DNA of 64,000 nt from the human T2T-CHM13v2.0 reference genome, Homo sapiens, in assembly GCF_009914755.1 (NCBI RefSeq), contig NC_060928.1; one strand, 5' to 3'. A program made the translations under genes and the position numbers. The notes under the pieces were generated by a model, which worked only from the letters and a program-made list of their open reading frames with translations, was not told the origin of the DNA and ran no database searches. Within the stretch, counting starts at the first letter, position 1; each line of letters starts with the position of its first letter. Shown piece by piece: positions 1-14,300 of this stretch.

Positions 1-70
1 TTTTTACCCTACACTGTGTCTCCCCCTGTATCACAAAACAGAATCACAAGTCGATTGAGACAAGCTTTAT

Positions 71-368
<298 letters not shown>

Positions 369-746
369 AAGACAAGTTTTATGTTCTATAAAGGATCGGC
401 TTATTATATGCTTCTTCTCCATGGGAAGTAATATATTAAAATTCATTTTTATCTACAGTGTGGCCCTTGGTGGGGAAAAGCTCCCCATTCCTGCTCTGAG
501 GAGTGAACTCCAATACTGGGGCTTGCCCATGGGTGCTGCCACACCCCAGAGAGAGGCGATGCAAGCCTGCTCCCAGGCCTGCTCTCCCTCCTCGACAAAC
601 TGGCCATCTGTTCCTGGGGAAAAAGAGGGGACTCTTTCTTCATAAAAGAAAACAGTAGTGGGCACATTTTCCTTTAGTTATCCTCAATATATAAGAAACT
701 TCAAGAATGGTAGCTTTCAACAGAAAACCATACAATGACCTCCAGT

Positions 747-747
747 A

Positions 748-792
<45 letters not shown>
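747..792. repeat. (CA)n microsatellite
   Basis: Direct reading. Confidence 0.97.
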
Positions 793-794
<2 letters not shown>

Positions 795-1034
795 CATTTC
801 ACTCAGAATAGTGCAGGGAAAACTGAGCAAACCACGAGACCAAGCCAATGTCTATGATGAAGATGATAAAAAATCTGTGGCAAATTAATTCTTTAATTAA
901 TTCATTAATTAATTGAATTAAATACTCTTTTCTGGTGGTTACACCAATCTTTACAGCAGCCTAAACATTAGAAGAATTTTGTTTAAAATGATAGAACTAG
1001 GATTTTCTGTATGCCTCCTCCTTCTTTCTCGCTC

Positions 1035-1074
1035 ATGCGCGCGCACGCGCACGCACACACACACACACACACAC
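1035..1074. repeat. (GC)n/(CA)n alternating purine-pyrimidine tract
   Basis: catgcgcgcgcacgcgcacgcacacaca... Confidence 0.93.
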
Positions 1075-2181
1075 TCTTATTCTTAAAACAATTTCAAAGG
1101 TATTTTATCAGAATTGATTTCTTGAATTTTATCATCAAAATCATAAAGTAACCAACATTTTCCCTCTATATCAGTATAATACCTGGAAATTTAGGAAGGA
1201 AAATTAACAAATGTCTTTAGAATTAGCTATGCAAATTAGAATTCATAATTAAGTAGACAGAGGTGAGCAGGGGATCAACTTAGAGTCAATTTTAGAAAAA
1301 CACCTGAGAAGCACCAGGTATTCTATTTTGCTAACTTTTTGAATTTGCAAAGAACAAACATGTCTTAAAAATGCTGAGCTCAAACTCTACAGGTAAAAAA
1401 GAGTTAGTGAGACTTGGAATTTCTTTCTGGGGTACATGAAACATATCATTTTCTACAAGATCAAAGCGCTTGTTGCTTTACTCTTACGTAGATTTTTAAA
1501 TTAGTCTTGTGTCCTCTACACCAGTTATCAATGCAACAGGTCCTCGACTGAGCTAACTCAGTTGGATATCTGCAAATGTTGTCAGACTGGCCACAACAGT
1601 ATGCCCACACCTGCAGTATGAGTTTTCAACTTGATTCTGGTGACCAGATATCAGAATATGTCCCTCAAACATAACAAATTCTGCACTCAATTTCACTTTT
1701 GTCCAAATCAAAATCAAAATTAAAATCCTTCAGTCGCTGGGAGCTCAGAGAGATTAGCTTTGGCAGCCCAGCAGATGATGTCGGGTGGCTCAGTCATTAT
1801 CTGTTGAACTTTGAGTGTCCTGGTGTTAAATGTAAAACCTCTCCCAATCATCTTGTTTTCTTTTCATTTAATAATTTCACTAGAAATTAGCTAAAGAGGT
1901 GCATTTGAACTATATATATGCCATTTGGTAACATTCCAAATGATCTCATTTAAAAAAAATTAACCTATTTTTCATCTAATGTCCAGAATATACTTTTCCT
2001 GTCTCATATTAAAAAGGCAGAAAAAAGAAAAAAATGGAAAGGGTCAATTAAAGTATCTGATCTAACCTTAAAGCTATTTAACATTATTATCCTTTGCCAT
2101 TTAATAAATCTAAGCCCTGTCCATCCTTATATGTTGTGAATAATAGGCCTTTATATATCCTTCCATGAACCAGAGTGCTGA

Positions 2182-2192
2182 TGTGTGTGCAT

Positions 2193-2227
<35 letters not shown>

Positions 2228-2228
2228 C
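2182..2228. repeat. (TG)n microsatellite, imperfect
   Basis: Direct reading. Confidence 0.95.
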
Positions 2229-2253
2229 ACATGTGGCTTCTAAACAGGATTCC

Positions 2254-2313
2254 TGGCAATGGTACATGCCTATAATCCCAGCCCTTTGGGAGGCTGAGGC
2301 AGGAGGATCACTT
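2254..2313 (+). mobile_element. Alu 5' fragment
   Basis: atgcctataatcccagccctttgggaggctgaggcaggaggatcactt. Confidence 0.85.
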
Positions 2314-2404
2314 TTAATAAAGATGTTTTTCAAAATGAGACGGTACATTAAAGTCAGCCTAGAAATCCCCTCTAAAACATAAAAATCTAAAATATACAAA
2401 TTCT

Positions 2405-2712
<308 letters not shown>

Positions 2713-3239
2713 GAAAAATGATGAAAAAATATATAACTCCTGAAAGATTCAGTAGAATCCCTGCTACCATAAAAAATTACCAAAAAGCAAAGGCCATCTC
2801 TGTCAACTGATGGGTTGGCCATTGCTTTATGCACAGAGGGATTCCTTAATGCCCAAGGAGGGAAAGGAGCAAAAGAAGTTTTATTTTAATAACTGAGAGT
2901 TTGTCAATTTTTCAAGTATTTTCCATGTCCAGAGGGTCAAAGGGGTTCAGTATATGCAGACAAGTTTAACATGCTTTTCTTATGTGGTGCTACATATTAC
3001 TAATATGCACTAGTATATAACACTAGTAGATACTAGTAATATTAATCTACAAATATTGCTAATATAAATAATAATGAATCTGTTGCAAGGATATTTCTGC
3101 TGAAAAGCCGTGACTACTTCACTCTTGTTGGTCAATGTTCCCAGCAGGCAGGGAAGGGCTGATAAACATGCAGAGAGTGGAGAATCAGATAATAACAGAG
3201 ACCAGAACCCAGGCAATACCAGGAGTAAGATATGGTAGC

Positions 3240-3370
3240 AATAGATGGGGTAGGAAGGGAACGTAGGCTCCATGCAGGTGAGGTCCTTATTCACTTTTGT
3301 ATCCTTAGTGCCCAAACAGGGCTTGGAAAATGGTAGCAGCTCAATAAATATCTGCTGAATGAAAGAATAA
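3240..3370 (+). mobile_element. L2 3' end fragment
   Basis: ctccatgcagg...gtatccttagtgccc...ctcaataaatatctgctgaatgaa. Confidence 0.6.
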
Positions 3371-6300
3371 GTGAAATAAAACAAAAAGGAAGGAGGTCAC
3401 AAAGAAGAAATGGAAAGATAGGAGGAGTAATATAGGGTTCATTTAAACCCCCAAGAAATCTTCGCAACAGCCAATAATAAGTGAGTCCCTGTTTTTGATA
3501 GGGTACGGTCCCTAGTCCCATGCCTGTGGGAGTCGTTGGACTGTGGGGTGGGACCTCCCACTAGTAGATAATGTTCCCTCCGGGCTCTCACTTCCCCATA
3601 GTTTCTGGAGATACAGAGTGCATGGATATTCCCCTGATGTATTTTGGCTGTGTTTCAACCTTCTTTTCCAAATGCTTTTTAAATCAAAGCTACTTACAAG
3701 TAGTGTAAGCGACTCATTTTAATTTCCCTTCCTCTCTCTGGTTCTCGCGTCCTCTCTAGAGCAGGTGCTGAAGAGCCAGAAACAGCCAACCAGATGGCAG
3801 GGGGAAGAGGACGCAACCCTTACACTGGATAGCGAGACCCTAGTCACTGAACGCTCACAGTTACACACAGGACTGATACCCCAGTCCTGGGTGTCTCCAG
3901 GAGAGCTGAACGTCAGGCAGGAACAGCTTTCTAGTATGAACAATGCTTTGGAAGAAAATATTTTAAACAGTATGATAGGATAAACAGGGTGCAAATGTAG
4001 TGGGATCTAGCAGGAGTAATTGAAAAGATTTGTCCTGATTAAACGTGTAATTCTGTCCTGATGAAACTGTCTTCCTACTCCCCAGCTTTCTTCTTTCTTC
4101 TTCACAGCTCTTTGGAAAAAAAGTTCTAAAAAAAGTATTACTTACATATTACTCGATATGATGGCTAAATAAACATGGCTGATTTCCAAGTGAAAGTTCT
4201 TACCAATATTTGAATGTGCAGAGGCAAGAGATCCCACTCATATAATCAGGTCCACAAATCAGTGCAATTTCACCTCTTCTTCTCAGTAATCCTTGGTTCT
4301 GTTGAGGGCCTCTTTTCCTCTTGAGGGGAGGGGCTCTTAATGCACCTTTGGAAACACGCATGTGGACCACAGGGAGCTCTGTAAGGCTGTCCCCATAAAC
4401 GCCCTCTACCTCAAAATAGCAGGAAGAATTTCTGGTAGCAAAAATAGGGGAAGTGTGTACATATGTTTAGGGCAAGGGTGGGTTTATGGGGAAAAGGATG
4501 GTAGTAGTAGGAAGTAAAGAAACAAGTTCATAATTTATTCTTTAAACAGTGACCCTCGCCATCTGATTTTGTACCTAAGATAAAATGTGATGGGTCGCAC
4601 ATAAATTCTATAACCTTCCCTCCTCTCTCCAGCTGTGGAGATAAGTGATACAAGCATATGGCAAGCCACAGGAAACCAGGAAATGTGCTTGAATCCAGCT
4701 GCTATCCCGTAGTTAGAAAAAAGGAAGTAAATCAACTCACAGCACAAACTCAGGATGGCTTAAAATGGGAAAAACACATACATGGGTGGAGTAAAGAAAA
4801 GAATTATTAGAAGGGAAGACAAAGATCCCTTCAGAAAGAATACCACAGGCCCTTACAGCTTGATAGCGGGGAAACACTTTTAAATCATTTGTCTTTCTGT
4901 AAGAATCCTAAAAGCCATAAGAGAAAAACAATTCTCTTTGTGAAATTTCTATTCTTGGGCTAATATGGACACTCCCCTGCCCAATGGAAAGGGTCCATCA
5001 CTCTCAGACTATATGCATCTTCCAGTGCGGTGCACAGATGCGCTGAGTAGCCCCTGCCCCACCACGCAGTAGAGCCCTTGCCCAGTGGGTGACCCGGCCT
5101 CTTGGCAGCAGACAAGCTACTTAGCAATGAGGATTCCCTTCTCAAGGGGTAGGTCTATGAGACCAGCATGTATCCAGATGGGCACCATATTCATGCGATT
5201 TAATTATGCATGCAAATATTCCCCTTCTTTGACATGAATATGTTAAAGGTGAAAGGTTAATATGGTGATGAGAAGAAAAACCACTGTGGAATGAGAATGC
5301 TTTTGATATCTCTTTAAGGAAAATAATGATTAAGCTCTCCCTCACAAGACTATAACTGTATTAACATATAGCCAAAAGGCCGCTGGGAGGAACCTCAAAA
5401 ACCTAGAATGGTGCAAGGTACATACCTTCTATCCATCAGGAAAACTTGTCCTATGAGTGAAAAATTGAGCAGATTGACTGGTTACTCAAATATTTGCAAC
5501 CACACTGCAACTGGATCCCTCGGAAAATAAAGCGTCTTCTCAGAGTCGTCATCATCAAATCGTATTTACCAGCGGCCTCTCCGTTTGTGCCCCAAGTATG
5601 TGTTACCGATTAGGTAACATCTGTAGTCATTTATACCAGAAACAGAAAGAGATGCAGGAATCCAAGAGGAAGGCCTAGGCGTCATTCTTAATTCTTTTGC
5701 TCCATATTTGTAAAGGAAGATCTAGAGCCCCTTCAGCAAGCCCCCACCCCAGATCCACCACCCTGCAGCCCTACCCACTCCCTGCTGCGTCCAGACCCCT
5801 CCCTGCCCTAGTCCTGAAGCAGTCCAACAGAAAAGGAATCTACGATGAAGGTGGAGCACATTAAATTCCTGTCAGAGTTCTTGCCTGGTTTCTGGGAACA
5901 CAAGCCAATACAAATTTTCGTGGCTATATTAACATATGCAGCTATGCGACAGGGAGATGATAATAAAACAAGAGCCCTTTTGAGTCTGGTCTTTTGAATC
6001 CCAGGCCTTGGAGAAAGCTGGGTCAAAAAAGCAAAAAGGGTAGCCTGAAGCTTGAGGGCTAAAAAGGGAGGTGCAGAGGCCCTGGCCTTGAGGGTGTGAG
6101 CTGGAACAGCTCCCATATGGGGCGGGGGAAAGCAGCAGGAGCCATTCAGGTGTACGGGTTTGAGGATTTGTAAAGGCCATGTGGAATTACAAAATAAACA
6201 GAAGGGTGCTTACTGGCCAGAGCGGGTGTAACAGCAGGTATGGCCAGAGAGCCTGTTGGAATAAGTTCCTCTTTGTAGCTGAGAAAGAACCAAGTTCCAG

Positions 6301-6894
6301 GGCTGGCTGCATCCAGCTACTTCTGAGTCTGTCCTGCTTAAATGGTCAGGTTAACAATACTGCTGTCTAGCCTCTGAGCTTAACAAGATCTAGACCTTCA
6401 AGAGAAGGTTTCTCTGGGTATAGTAATATGTTGTTTTTACCTTATTAAAGTGATCTGTTCCCTGTTTGTGTAACATATAGATTTGGTACTCCCAATGTCT
6501 CCAATTCTCACTGAGTTTTCAAGGGCTAAAAAAAGTCTAATTCTTATTTATATTTCATTGTCCCCCAGCCATGGGATATATATATATATATAAAATTGCT
6601 CACGGTGTGTATGGCAATGAGGAAAGTGATCCAGCCATTAGTTGTAGGCCCATTGCTGGTCACATTCACTGTAAGTCATTTAAAAAGTTGACATATAAAT
6701 ATTCTTTGCCATCAGACATATAAAGAATGCTACAGCAAATACGGGAGTCAGAAGGGTCCACTCCACTGAGGTATTATTCAATAAATTTGGTTTCACAGGC
6801 TTTATATCTCTGAAAATTAAATAGCACTATGTGAATATGAGACAGACTTTCCTTTTAATATTAAACAAGTCTGCATTTTTTACTTAATTTTTGG

Positions 6895-7965
6895 ATTTAT
6901 GGAAAATGTGATAGGGCTCACAAGCAACAAAAGAAAAACAGAGATAAAATGGACCTCATCAAAATTAAAAACGTTCATGCTGCAAATAATATCATTAAGA
7001 AAACGAAGGACAACTGGCAGAACTGGGAGGAAATATTTGCAAATCATATATCTGAGAAGAGACTTATGTCCAGAATACATAAGAAACTTTCAACACTCAA
7101 GAATAAAAACAAATAACCCAATTTAAAAAGTAAGAAAATAACTTGAATAGACACTTCTCCAAAGAGGATATACAGATGGCCAATAAGCACATGAAAATAT
7201 GCTCAACATCATTAGTCATCAGGGAAATGCAAATCAAAACTATAATGAAACACTAGTTTACACTCTTAAGATGGTTATAATAAAAAAAGACAGACAAAAC
7301 CAAGTTTTTTGCAAGGATGTGGAGAAATTGAGACCCTCATCCACTGCTGGTGGGCACGTGAAATGGTGCAGCTACTTTGGAAAACCACTTGTCAGTTCCT
7401 TAAAATGTTAAACACAGAGTTAGCATTTGACTCAGCAATTCCATTCCTAGGTATATACCCAAGAGAATTAAAAACCTAAGCCCACACAAAAACTTGCACA
7501 TGAATGTTCATAGTAGCAGAAGATGGCAAACATCCAAATGTCTTCATAAACGAAAATGTGGTATATCCATACAATGGAATATCATAAAAATTGAAAATGA
7601 ATAAAGCCATAAAAATGAAGTACTGATTTATGTTACAACATAGAAAAACCTTGAAAACATTATGCTAAGTGAGAGGAGCCAGACACAAAACACTGCATAT
7701 TGTATGATTTCATTCATATGAAATGTCCAGAATGGACAAAACTATTGAAACAGTAGATTCATGGTTGCCTGGGTGGGGGGTGGAGGTGGTGGGGATAGAG
7801 AGTGACTGCTGCTCATGGGCTCGACATTTTTGGGAGCAATGAAAATTTTCTGGAATTTGATGTAGTGATGGTTGCACAACTCTGTTGGATATACTAAATA
7901 TCATTGAATTGTGTACTTTGAATGGGTAAATTTTATGGTATGTGAATTATATTTTAATAAAGATG
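6895..7965 (+). mobile_element. Old L1 (L1MB-like): ORF2 C-terminal remnant plus 3' UTR
   Basis: ggacctcatcaaaattaaaaac, atgctcaacatcattagtcatcagggaaatgcaaatcaaaac, cagcaattccattcctaggtatataccca; ends ttttatggtatgtgaattatattttaataaa. Confidence 0.92.
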
Positions 7966-8220
7966 GGCCAGGCGCAGTGGCTCACCCCTGTAATCCTAGC
8001 ACTTTGGGAGGCTGAGGTGGGCAGATTGTCTGAGCTCAGATGTTCGAGACCAGCCTAGTCAACATGGTGAAACCCCATCTCTACTAAAATACAAAAAATC
8101 AGCCGGGCGCAGTGGCAGGCACCTGTAATCCCAGCTGCTCAGGAGGCTGAGGCATAGAATTGCTTGAACCCAGGAACCCACTGCATTCCAGCCTGCGCAA
8201 CAGGGTGAAACTCTGTCTCT
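7966..8220 (+). mobile_element. Alu (AluS-type) with right-arm deletion; tail replaced by CA-rich tract
   Basis: Alu consensus, but gaacccagga joins directly to ccactgcattccagcc. Confidence 0.9.
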
Positions 8221-8335
8221 CTCATACACAACCTCCCACACACACACACACGCATACATACACAGTTTTTAAAATGAGATGGTACATTAAAATCAGTCTA
8301 GAAATGCCCTCTAAAACATAAAATATATAAATTCT

Positions 8336-8665
<330 letters not shown>

Positions 8666-9477
8666 AAAATATATAAATTCTAGAAAAGCAGAATACTGGA
8701 TTCAATAAATTTCTCCAGGGACTCAAAAAAAGTTGAAATGAATATGTGAATTTTTTGATTTTTGGACTTACTAGACTGATTAGATCTACCTGTTCACTTT
8801 ATAAGTGAACTCTACATTTAGCCTTTTATGGAAGCAGGTAGAATCATAAGGAACTAAGTACAAATTGGCCTCACATCGTCTCTACCACCTAACTAGATAA
8901 CTTCCAAGTCTGAAGGAGGCAAATGTGAGAAGGCAGTAACATAAAAATACAACATGTATTTTCCATCCGTATAGATTACTGAAGTCACACTGCTTAGAAA
9001 GCTTGCTAGACCATAATTTTCCAAGGGAAAATACCAAATAAGCAAATAAGTTTTTGCTCTGAGAAATTATTAAGCTAAATCTCTAATTAACCTCAAATAA
9101 TTGTTTAGAAGAGTCTCCAACATGGTCTTAGATTATGTAGAGGGGAGGTAGAGAAAGGTTTTTCTCCTAAATGAAAGCCAACATTGCTCAGGAATAATCA
9201 TGAAATTTAACAGCAAAGAGCATTGAAAAAAGTAGTATTATCTGAGGCTCACAGCCAACACTATCTTGATTTATTAGGTACATGTGCCCTTCTAAAAAAA
9301 GGTTCCCAGATACCATTATTTCATAATAAATTAAAAAGAATCTTCACTGAAGAGAGATGGTTCTTTTTAAAAAGTAAAATGTACATTTAATAGAGCTTTG
9401 TTCTCTGTCAGCTTCAACCTAAAGCATTCTTCTCAGATGGATGAAACTTATTTTTCCAATTAACCACTTCCTCAGCA

Positions 9478-9669
9478 CAGTGCTTCTCAAACCTTAGCTG
9501 TCAGAATCGCTAGGAGGGCTTGTGAAAACACAGACAGCGGGACTCCCACCCCCAGAGTTTCAACTAGGTCCAGAGTAGGGCTCAAGAATTTGCATCTCTA
9601 ACGCTTCCTTATCCCCACAAATTTCATGATGATTCTGCTGGTCTAGGGACCACACTTTGAGAAGCACTG
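9478..9669. mobile_element. MER5A hAT-Charlie MITE
   Basis: Perfect 14-bp TIR cagtgcttctcaaa/tttgagaagcactg; 8-bp TSD cctcagca/ccttagca; internal aagaatttgcatctctaac. Confidence 0.9.
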
Positions 9670-12600
9670 CCTTAGCAAATTAGAGAGGTTTTTCTCTCAG
9701 ACCCTTTCAAGAAGGAAAGATAAACAGCACCAAACACATTTCCACTCAATACTGAAATGACAGCAACCACCATAATTATTCCTGGACCTTTTGTGGTTCG
9801 CATGTATTGTTCTATCTTCCTGTTTCGCACCTCACCCTCCTGCTCTCCCTCCCAGCAATCCCACATGGCTAATGGCAGCAGCCACATCTGCCCAACATGC
9901 CCTCATTTCTAAATAGAGAAGTTTCCACTCTTGGGTCCCAGTTAAAGCCAAGACACTCAGTTGGGATTTAGGACTGGGATAAAGACATTTCTGTCTGGCT
10001 ATTCTTTTGAGCAAAACATAAACTCAGAAGCTGCTGGCAATTCCCCCTTTCCATCATGTGGACTGGGTAACAGAAGAAGTCCATCTGTCGGTCCAGAGAG
10101 AAGCAGAAATGAGGTGAGGAAGGGGGTGGTTCCTGGGTTCCATATGGGCCTCCAGCCTCTGGCTGCGGTGGAAAACCAAGGCCCCACTGCATCTCTGCCC
10201 TTGGGATCCATAAGCCAATCCCAAACCTGCATCTTCTACTAAATTCTTCTATCTTGCCAAAACTATCTGAAAAGGGTTTCTGTTATTTATAACCAAAGGG
10301 GCCCTAATTACAGCTGCTAATAAAGTGAGTTCTTTTCTTCTCCACTTCAGGTCACCGCAGAGATTAAATTCACCTTAAAATGTCATCCTACTCAAGTTTA
10401 CCTGTTTCTAAATATCTCCTAGCTGAAGCTCCATCTCATTTAGGTGATACCCTAAGCCCATCACTATGTTATTTCAAATCTAGGGCCTGGTTGAATTCCT
10501 ATACAAGAAGCAATTGTAATTTATATGGTTCTCCAGGACTAGGCAGGAATAAATGAATATAAACCAGAAATGAATATAAATCCACTGGGTGAGCACAGAA
10601 ATTTTTAAAACCAATAAACTTGTTTAAAATTAAGGTCTAATATGAAGTTTTATTTACCATGTTAGAGAAATGTAAACGTTTAATTTTTCATTAATGTTTC
10701 TGCATAGCTCCAGCTTTCCAGCTATGTACTTTTTGTGTGTGGAATTCATATTTTTAAATGGCATTCTTATCTACTACTTCTAGGATCACCCAACCATGCA
10801 TGATACATTTTATATATGTATTCCCATGGAAACATGTAACTCCCCAAAGAAAGAAGAGGGCATTTATCTTCATCACTTTGCATCTAGCTACTTCTCTTAA
10901 AGCAAAACAGAGACAAAACAGACAAAATTTTGTGTCACTTTCAGCATTACATCATATCCATGATAACACAGCTATCCCATAAGTTTGCAAGGTGACCAGA
11001 CATTGCAAAACCAGAGTTTAAAGGTACTCTGAATCTCTTACACTATCTAATGTTATATATCCTCTATATTGAACACTGAGATTTCGGCCTCCTTGAATGA
11101 AGACTTCTGGGAATTATCTTTGGCAACCATATGCTTAGCAAAAAAGTCTGATTATTTTGGCTGCCTTGTGTCACATAACAACAAGTAGTCGCAGACTTCC
11201 AGTGCTTTCCTCAGAGTGTGTTGCTTTCTTTATGGCAATCAATTTACTTGGCCCAGCTGTCAGGCATTCAACTTCCCAATTAACAACTGGAAATAGAACT
11301 CGAACCACAGGAAGGAAGAAAGCTCAGATTTTCCCCAATGCACACTTAATGAAAAATTGAGCCTACTCTAGCTCATCTGCGTTTTTCCCATAAAACACAA
11401 ATGTCAATTTGGAAAACAATATACCTACAGAGTTTTCTCCACATAGAAAAGTTCCACATGATATGTGACTGGGCCAGGTGCCAAGTCTCCATCCTTAAGG
11501 AGTTAACATAAATTAATTTAAAACTGAAAATGAAGCAGCCAAAATTGTGGACTAGTTTCTTCTTATTCATTCAATGAGAAGACTGAAAGGGTCTAAACTA
11601 TAGGTCACCACTTCTAACCTCAAGGAAATAAGTAACAGAGAAGAAAATTCCTTTTATTCCACATCTTAGCTACTCCTTGGGTCAAAACTAAAACAAGGAA
11701 AAGTATGCCTCATCCTTGCATAACTAAGTATCCTCAACCAACTCTTCCTGACCAGAAAGATTTTCCCAAGCATATGGGAAGACTACAAATGAAAACAAGC
11801 AAGGCAGGAAGCAATAGGAACTCCTGTTCACAAGAACAGCTACAACAAAGCTTTGGGGGTATCAGCCAAGGCAAACTGGTGGTGTAGCCCTGTCCAACTA
11901 CACAGACGTTTTGGGAAATGAATTATTACTCTTGTCTATAGAGCAACAGAAGTGATCATGGCAAAGGGTATCTGAAGACACAAGTCCTTTACTTGGATGT
12001 CTTTTAGGGCATGAACTATGAAATTGTTAAAATTACAATTTGAGGAAAGAACACACAAAGTTTTTTCCTAACATCTTCATTCTTGCAAGAGCACTGTTCT
12101 ATCAGTGATTAGAAACTCTAATATCCACTTTAAACCTAATTAAGGGTGAGTCTTCTTTACCTTGTGGCTTAGGAATGAAATGATATTTGCTTTTAAGTCA
12201 CATGCCTATTGTTATGACTAAAAAACTTCTTCCCAGTTTACCTGACCATGGCCACTAGAGTATGGCAGTACTAAGTTCCAAGCGCAAATCACATGAATGG
12301 ATTCCACTGCCCTGGATTACTTCTGACTAGACCACCGCATCTAAGGGTCAGGGCTGTGATGCATATCTCTTTGACCTAAGTCTTTTGCACACAGAATGCT
12401 GAGGATTTGAGGATTTTTTTTTCAGGGCAAAAATAATTGTTGTCAGTCTTCAAACAAGTTTTCATTTCCACATCACGAAGCAGGGGCAGATGCCCTTTGG
12501 AAACAGGACGTCATCCATTCAACTATTGCTGAACCCCATAGCACATGTGCTCAACCAAAGGCAACATATACATTTAGAAGGACCACTGCTGTCCACAAAT

Positions 12601-14300
12601 ATCTTTCACTGTTCATGGCTGTTAGACATATTCTGTTTGGGGGATATCATTATTATCTACAAAATGATTCCACACTTGTGTCTCAAATCTCATCATGCAA
12701 AAGGATTAAGATAAAATATTTTTCCTTAAAGAACATCACTCTTGAAATCTCATTTTTTGCATATTATCTTTTGGTGCTACCCAAGTCTCTTCTGCTTACA
12801 ACACCTGCTGCACAGCAAACTCTGAACTAGAAATATTATATACTGGAATCTGACCATAAGGAGGGAGACAGGGGTCACTGTTGGTTAAGACTTCAAGTCA
12901 CTGGAATGTGAAAGTGTATGCTATGGGGGAAGAATCAGAGCTATGTGACCTCTTTGAATTTATCAGAAAACAACAAATAGATTACTCTGCATCATTTAAC
13001 ATAGGAAGGAGAGTTCAAATATACAAAAAATGTGTTCACTTGAACATCCTTTATAAAAATATTCAGCTTTTATAATAGCAAATAGTACAATCTTACTAAC
13101 ATCTCATCTGCATAGGAGGTACTGCACTATCTCTGCAAAGTTTAGGAAGACAGAGCTATGATAAGAATGTAATGATTGCATTATGCTTTATTTATAACAA
13201 ATCATGTTACCTTGAACTTCCAATGTGCTTTGAATTAACATCAAAGAAAAGAATTTTTAACCCCACCAACTGGTAAGTACAGGAATTTCAACTGTTCTGA
13301 TATAACGACTAAGTAAATCACTGTTAATTTCTTACTTTCCAACCCACTAGTCAACCAGAAACACAGTCAGAACTGCTGATGAAATTACAGGTCTTAAAGG
13401 AGTCTCTCTAATGCATTTCTTGCTTTCATTCTCCAAGCACAGCAAGTTTCAAACTAAAAACAGCTTTCGATTCATATTAGCATTTTAAATATAGTTTCTA
13501 AAAATTCTGCTTAAGAGGTAATGAACTAAGGATGGGATATGACTTGACAAGTATTATTATTGATATAACCTTTTTTTTCCATGTTCTGAAAGTCCTATCT
13601 TTGAATTGAAAAGACATTATGTTTTTACCTGTTTCAGAGAGGACAGGGCAGATAGGAGATGACGTGGAAAAAAATCCAAACTATATGAATTTCAAATTAT
13701 AAGCTATTTTCCCTACATTTAATACGCTGAGATTACATTTAGATGCTAGTAAAGAATGATTCATTAATCTTAAGAACAGATTAATTATTGTAATATTCCA
13801 TTATAAAATTCTCTATCCATAAAATCTCTTATTGCCACTCTATTGGTAATTACTTCAAGTGCCATCTCAAATGCTTATGAAGTTAAGAAAAATATTTGTA
13901 ATGGTGCTTAAAGAGTGTAGTATAAATACACACAAAATGCCAGGTCCTCTATTAGGAAAGAATAGATATTTTGATCAATTAGCAGAAGACCTTTGAACAT
14001 CATTAGAACCCATTTAAAATTATGGCCTATATCACCTTAGAAAGCAGCAGTGGTTTCCAACAATTTGCAGTGATAGTCAGGAAAAGGTTGTATTTAATAA
14101 GATAGGTACACAGCTAATATACACAAACAAACTCACACACAACACAGGAATTTAAGCCAAGTAATCTGATCGTTCTTTGAATTCACAGCAATAATGCGAT
14201 ATTGCTGCCATTGGGTTAATTATAACCCATGCAGGAAGCAGTCCAGTTGGCCTGCAAGTGAAACTATCAGAATGTGAATATTTTAGAATAAATCAAGTAC

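Noticed and set aside
6899-7411. ORFs resembling a reverse-transcriptase protein C-terminus
   Set aside because: Frameshifted remnants of an old L1 ORF2, not a functional gene
10316-10352. Strong plus-strand acceptor-like sequence
   Set aside because: No matching donor or exon evident; pseudo-acceptors are common
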